A DNA stretch of 64,000 nt from Octopus sinensis (Eukaryota). A program made the translations under genes and the position numbers. The notes under the pieces were generated by a model. The model saw only the letters and a program-made list of their open reading frames with translations, ran no database searches and had not been told where the DNA came from. Positions within the stretch are counted from its first letter, which is position 1. Each line of letters opens with the position of its first letter. Below are positions 57,985 through 64,000 of the stretch, piece by piece. The DNA lies in contig NC_043023.1 of NCBI RefSeq assembly GCF_006345805.1, forward strand, positions 7,688,001 to 7,752,000. Reading direction: 5' to 3'.

Positions 57985-60900
57985 CTTGACCTTGGAGACT
58001 GCTCAAATGCAAGAAAGTATACTAGTCCCTTAATATATATATATATATATATATATATTGAAACATTCCTGTCACAACCTGGGACCTTGAAAACTGCTCA
58101 AATGCAAGAAAGTATACTAGTCCCTAATAATATATATATAATATTGAAACATTCCTGTCACAACCTGGGCCTTGAAAACTGCTCAAATGCAAGAAAGTAT
58201 ACTAGTCCCTTAATATATATATATATATATTGAAACATTCCTGTCACAACCTGGGACCTTGAAAACTGCTCAAATGCAAGAAAGTATACTAGTCCCTTAA
58301 TATATATATATATATATATTGAAAACTTCCTGTCACAACCCTGGACCTTGAAAACTGCTCAAATGCAAGAAAGTATACTAGTCCCTTAATATATATATAT
58401 ATATATTGAAACATTCCTGTCACAACCTGGGACCTTGAAAACTGCTCAAATGCAAGAAAGTATACTAGTCCCTTAATATATATATATATATTATTGAAAA
58501 CATTCCTGTCACAACCTGGGACCTTGAAAACTGCTCAAATGCAAGAAAGTATACTAGTCCCTTAATATATATATATATATATATTGAAACATTCCTGTCA
58601 CAACCTGGGACCTTGAAAACTGCTCAAATGCAAGAAAGTATACTAGTCCTTAATATATATATATATATATTGAAACATTCCTGCACAACCTGGGACCTTG
58701 AAAACTGCTCAAATGCAAGAAAGTATACTAGTCCCTTAATATATATATATATATATAATTGAAATATTCCTGTCACAACCTGGGACCTTGAAAACTGCTT
58801 AAATGCAAGAAAGTATACTAGTCCCTTAATATATATATATAATATATATTGAAACATTCCTGTCACACCTGGGACCTTGAAAACTGCTCAATGCAAGAAA
58901 GTATACTAGTCCCTTATATATATATATATATATATATTGAAAATTCCTGTCACAACCTGGGACCTTGAAAACTGCTCAAATGCAAGAAGATACTAGTCCC
59001 TTAATATATATATATATATTGAAACACATCCTGTCACAAACCGGGGACCTTAAAAACTGCTCAAATGCAAGAAAGTATACTAGTCCCTTAATATATATAT
59101 ATATTGAAACATTCCTGTCACAACCTGGGACCTTGAAAACTGCTCAAATGCCAAGAAAGTATACTAGTCCCTTAATATATATATATATATATATTGAAAC
59201 ATTCCTGTCACAACCTGGGACCTTGAAAACTGCTCAAATGCAAGAAAAAGTATACTAGTCCCTTAATATATATATATATATATGAAAACATTCCTGTCAC
59301 AACCTGGGACCTTGAAAACTGCTCAAATGCAAGAAAGTATACTAGTCCCTTAATATATATATATATATATATTGAAACATTCCTGTCACAACCTGGGACC
59401 TTGAAAACTGCTCAAATGCAAGAAAGTATACTAGTCCCTTAATATATATATATATATATATATATTGAAACATTCCTGTCACAACCTGGGACCTTGAAAA
59501 CTGCTCAAATGCAAGAAAGTATACTAGTCCCTAATATATATATATATATATATATTGAAACATTCCTGTCACAACCTGGGACCTTGAAAACTGCTCAAAT
59601 GCAAGAAAGTATACTAGTCCCTTAATATATATATATATATATATTGAAACATTCCTGTCACAACCGGGACCTTGAAAACTGCTTAAATGCAAGAAAGTAT
59701 ACTAGTCCCTTAATATATATATATATATATATTGAAACATTCCTGTCACAACTGGGACCTTGAAAACTGCTCAAATGCAAGAAAGTATACTAGTCCCTTA
59801 ATATATATATATATATATTGAAACATTCCTGTCACAACCTGGGACCTTGAAAACTGCTTAAATGCAAGAAAGTATACTAGTCCCTTAATATATATATATA
59901 TTATATATATATATATTGAAACATTCCTGTCACAACCTGGGACCTTGAAAACTGCTCAAATGCAAGAAAGTATACTAGTCCCTTAATATATATATATATA
60001 TATATTGAAACATTCCTGTCACAACCTGGGACCTTGAAAACTGCTCAAATGCAAGAAAGTATACTAGTCCCTTAATATATATATATATATATTGAAACAT
60101 TCCTGTCACAACCTGGGACCTTGAAAACTGCTCAAATGCAAGAAAGTATACTAGTCCCTTAATATATATATATATATATATTGAAACATTCCTGTCACAA
60201 CCTGGGACCTTGAAAACTGCTCAAATGCAAGAAAGTATACTAGTCCCTTAATATATATATATATATATATATATTGAAACATTCCTGTCACAACCTGGGA
60301 CCTTGAAAACTGCTCAAATGCAAGAAAGTATACTAGTCCCTTAATATATATATATATATATTGAAACATTCCTGTCACAACCTGGGACCTTGAAAACTGC
60401 TCAAATGCAAGAAAGTATACTAGTCCCTTAATATATATATATATTATATATATATATATATATATTGAAAACATTCCTGTCACAACCTGGGACCTTGAAA
60501 ACTGCTCAAATGCAAGAAAGTATACTAGTCCCTTATATATATATATATATATATTGAAACATTCCTGTCACAACCTGGGACCTTGAAAACTGCTCAAATG
60601 CAAGAAAGATACTAGTCCCTTAATATATTATATATTATAATATATTTATATATATATTGAAACATTCCTGTCACAACCTGGGACATTGAAAACTGCTCAA
60701 ATGCAAGAAAGTATACTAGTCCCTTAATATATATATATATATATATTGAAACATTCCTGTCACAACCTGGGACCTTGAAAACTGCTCAAATGCAAGAAAG
60801 TATACTAGTCCCTTAATATATATATATTATATATATTGAAACATTCCTGTCACAACCTGGGACCTTGAAAACTGCTCAAATGCAAGAAAGTATACTAGTC

Positions 60901-62784
60901 CCTTAATATATATATATATATATTGAAAACATTCCTGTCACAACCTGGGACCTTGAAAACTGCTTAAATGCAAGAAAGTATATATAGTCCCTTAATATAT
61001 ATATATATATATATATTGAAACATTCCTGTCACAACCTGGGACCTTGAAAACTGCTCAAATGCAAGAAAGTATACTAGTCCCTTAATATATATATATATA
61101 TATATATTGAAACATTCCTGTCACAACCTGGGACCTTGAAAACTGCTCAAATGCAAGAAAGTATACTAGTCCCTTAATATATATATATATATTGAAACAT
61201 TCCTGTCACACCTGGGACCTTGAAACTGCTCAAATGCAAGAAAGTATACTAGTCCCTTAATATATATATATATATATATTGAAACATTCCTGTCCACAAC
61301 CTGGGACCTTGAAAACTGCTCAAATGCAAGAAAGTATACTAGTCCCTTAATATATAATATTATATTGAAACATTCCTGTCACAACCTGGGACCTTGAAAA
61401 CTGCTCAAATGCAAGAAAGTATACTAGTCCTTAATATATATATATATATATATATATTGAAACATTCCTGTCACAACCTGGGACCTTGAAAACTGCTCAA
61501 ATGCAAGAAAGTATACTAGTCCCTTAATATATATATATATATGAAACATTCCTGTCACAACCTGGGACCTTGAAAACTGCTCAAATGCAAGAAAAGTATA
61601 CTAGTCCCTTAATATATATATATATATATATTGAAACATTCCTGTCACAACCTGGGACCTTGAAAACTGCTCAAATGCAAGAAAGTATACTAGTCCCTTA
61701 ATATATATATATATATATATTGAAACATTCCTGTCACAACCTGGGACCTTGAAAACTGCTCAAATGCAAGAAAGTATACTAGTCCCTTAATATATATATA
61801 TATATATATAATATTGAAACATTCCTGTCACAACCTGGGACCTTGAAAACTGCTCAAATGCAAGAAAGTATACTAGTCCCTTAATATATATATATATATA
61901 TATTGAAACATTCCTGTCACAACCTGGGACCTTGAAAACTGCTCAAATGCAAGAAAGTATACTAGTCCCTTAATATATATATATATATATATTGAAACAT
62001 TCCTGTCACAACCTGGGACCTTGAAAACTGCTTAAATGCAAGAAAGTATACTAGTCCCTTAATATATATATATATATATTGAAACATTCCTGTCACACCT
62101 GGGACCTTGAAAACTGCTCAAATGCAAGAAAGTATACTAGTCCCTTAATATATATATATATATATATTGAAAATTCCTGTCACAACCTGGGACCTTGAAA
62201 ACTGCTTAAATGCAAGAAAGTATACTAGTCCCTTAATATATATATATATATATATATATATTGAAACATTCCTGTCACAACCTGGGACCTTGAAAACTGC
62301 TCAAATGCAAGAAAAGTATACTAGTCCCTTAATATATATATATATATATATTGAAACATTCCTGTCACAACTGGGACCTTGAAAAACTGCTCAAATGCAA
62401 GAAAGTATACTAGTCCCTTAATATATATTATATATATATTGAAACATTCCTGTCACAACCTGGGACCTTGAAAACTGCTCAAATGCAAGAAAGTATACTA
62501 GTCCCTTAATATATATTATTATTTATATATATTGAAACATTCCTGTCACAACCTGGGACCTTGAAAACTGCTCAAATGCAAGAAAGTATACTAGTCCCTT
62601 AATATATAATATATATATATATTGAAACATTCCTGTCACACCTGGGACCTTGAAAAACTGCTCAAATGCAAGAAAGTATACTAGTCCCTTAATATATATA
62701 TATATATATATTGAAACATTCCTGTCACAACCTGGGACCTTGAAAACTGCTCAAATGCAAATGAAGCGAAAGTATACTAGTCCC

Positions 62785-62815
<31 letters not shown>

Positions 62816-62972
62816 TGAAACATTCTGTCACAACCTGGAGGGACTTGAAAAACTGCTCAAATGCAAGAAAGTATACTAGTCCCTTAATATATATATATAT
62901 AATTTGAAACATTCCTGTCACAACTGGGACCTTGATGAAAACTGCTCAAATGCAAGAAAGTATACTAGTCCC

Positions 62973-63009
<37 letters not shown>

Positions 63010-64000
63010 AAACATTCCTGTCACAACCTGGGACATTGAAAACTGCTCAATGCAAGACAAGAAAAGTATACTAGTCCCTAATATAATATATATATATATA
63101 TTGAAACATTCCTGTCACAACCTGGGACCTTGAAAACTGCTCAATGCAAGAAAGTATACTAGTCCCTTAATATATATATATTATATATTGAAACATTCCT
63201 GTCACAACTGGGACCTTGAAACTGCTCAAATGCAAGAAAGTATATAGTCCCTATATATATTATATATATATTGAAAACATTCCTGTCACCAACCTGGGAC
63301 CTTGAAAAACTGCTTAAATGCAAGAAAAGTATACTAGTCCCTTAATATATATATATATATATATTGAAACATTCCTGTCACAACCTGGGACCTTGAAAAC
63401 TGCTCAAATGCAAGAAAGTATACTAGTCCTTAATATATATATATATATATATATTGAAACATTCCTGTCACACCTGGGACCTTGAAAACTGCTCAAATGC
63501 AAGAAAGTATACTAGTCCCTTATATATATATATATATTGAAACATTCCTGTCACAACCTGGGACCTTGAAAACTGCTCAAATGCAAGAAGTATACTAGTC
63601 CCTTAATATATATATATATATAATTGAAACATTCCTGTCACAAACCTGGGACCTTGAAAACTGCTCAAATGCAAGAAAGTATACTAGTCCCTTAATATAT
63701 ATATATATATATATTGAAACATTCCTGTCACAACCTGGGACCTTGAAAACTGCTTAAATGCAAGAAAGTATACTAGTCCCTTAATATTTATATAATATAA
63801 TTGAAACATTCCTGTCACAACATGGGACCTTGAAAACTGCTCAAATGCAAGAAAGTATACTAGTCCCTTAATATATATATATATATATTGAAACTTCCTG
63901 TCACAACCTGGGACCTTGAAAACTGCTCAAATGCAAGAAAGTATACTAGTCCCTAATATATATATATATATATATTGAAACATTCCTGTCACAACTGGGA
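57985..64000. repeat. Satellite of about 89-bp units (69-bp constant part plus variable (TA)n), roughly 65-70 units, continuing past the window end
   Basis: Unit gaaacattcctgtcacaacctgggaccttgaaaactgctcaaatgcaagaaagtatactagtcccttaa(ta)n tt. Confidence 0.97.

Noticed and set aside
57985-64000. CRISPR-like array (constant repeat with variable spacers)
   Set aside because: The spacers are only (TA)n of varying length, there are no cas genes, and the context is eukaryotic; it is a satellite.

Overview
Eukaryotic, repeat-rich genomic DNA. The tRNA-derived SINE families, (GAT)n-tailed RTE LINEs and dense (TA)n/(TAA)n/(CA)n microsatellites look like an octopus or other coleoid cephalopod genome; this is an inference, not a database match. 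Three protein-coding genes were assembled by hand. (1) An intronless FRA10AC1 homologue (635-1681, -) sits between two blocks of the same 36-bp minisatellite. (2) A 4-coding-exon, 304-aa secreted zona pellucida (ZP)-module gene of the mollusc vitelline-envelope type (19515-32096, +) has no furin site or transmembrane anchor. (3) A complete 7-exon, 351-aa renalase gene RNLS (39316-57557, -) converges on the ZP gene. The rest is mostly transposon debris: SINEs, RTE, R4/Dong, CR1 and Penelope-like retroelements, MITEs and non-autonomous Helitrons. There is also a G-quadruplex minisatellite and a >6 kb ~89-bp satellite starting about 430 bp upstream of the RNLS ATG. The most notable unannotated signal is a set of type I hammerhead ribozyme motifs. 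One has a fully intact core (5062-5150, -) and lies downstream of a Penelope-like GIY-YIG ORF. One is CpG-decayed, two form an inverted pair, and two unrelated copies share a non-canonical CCGACGA core. Most ORFs in the supplied track are microsatellite or repeat artefacts.
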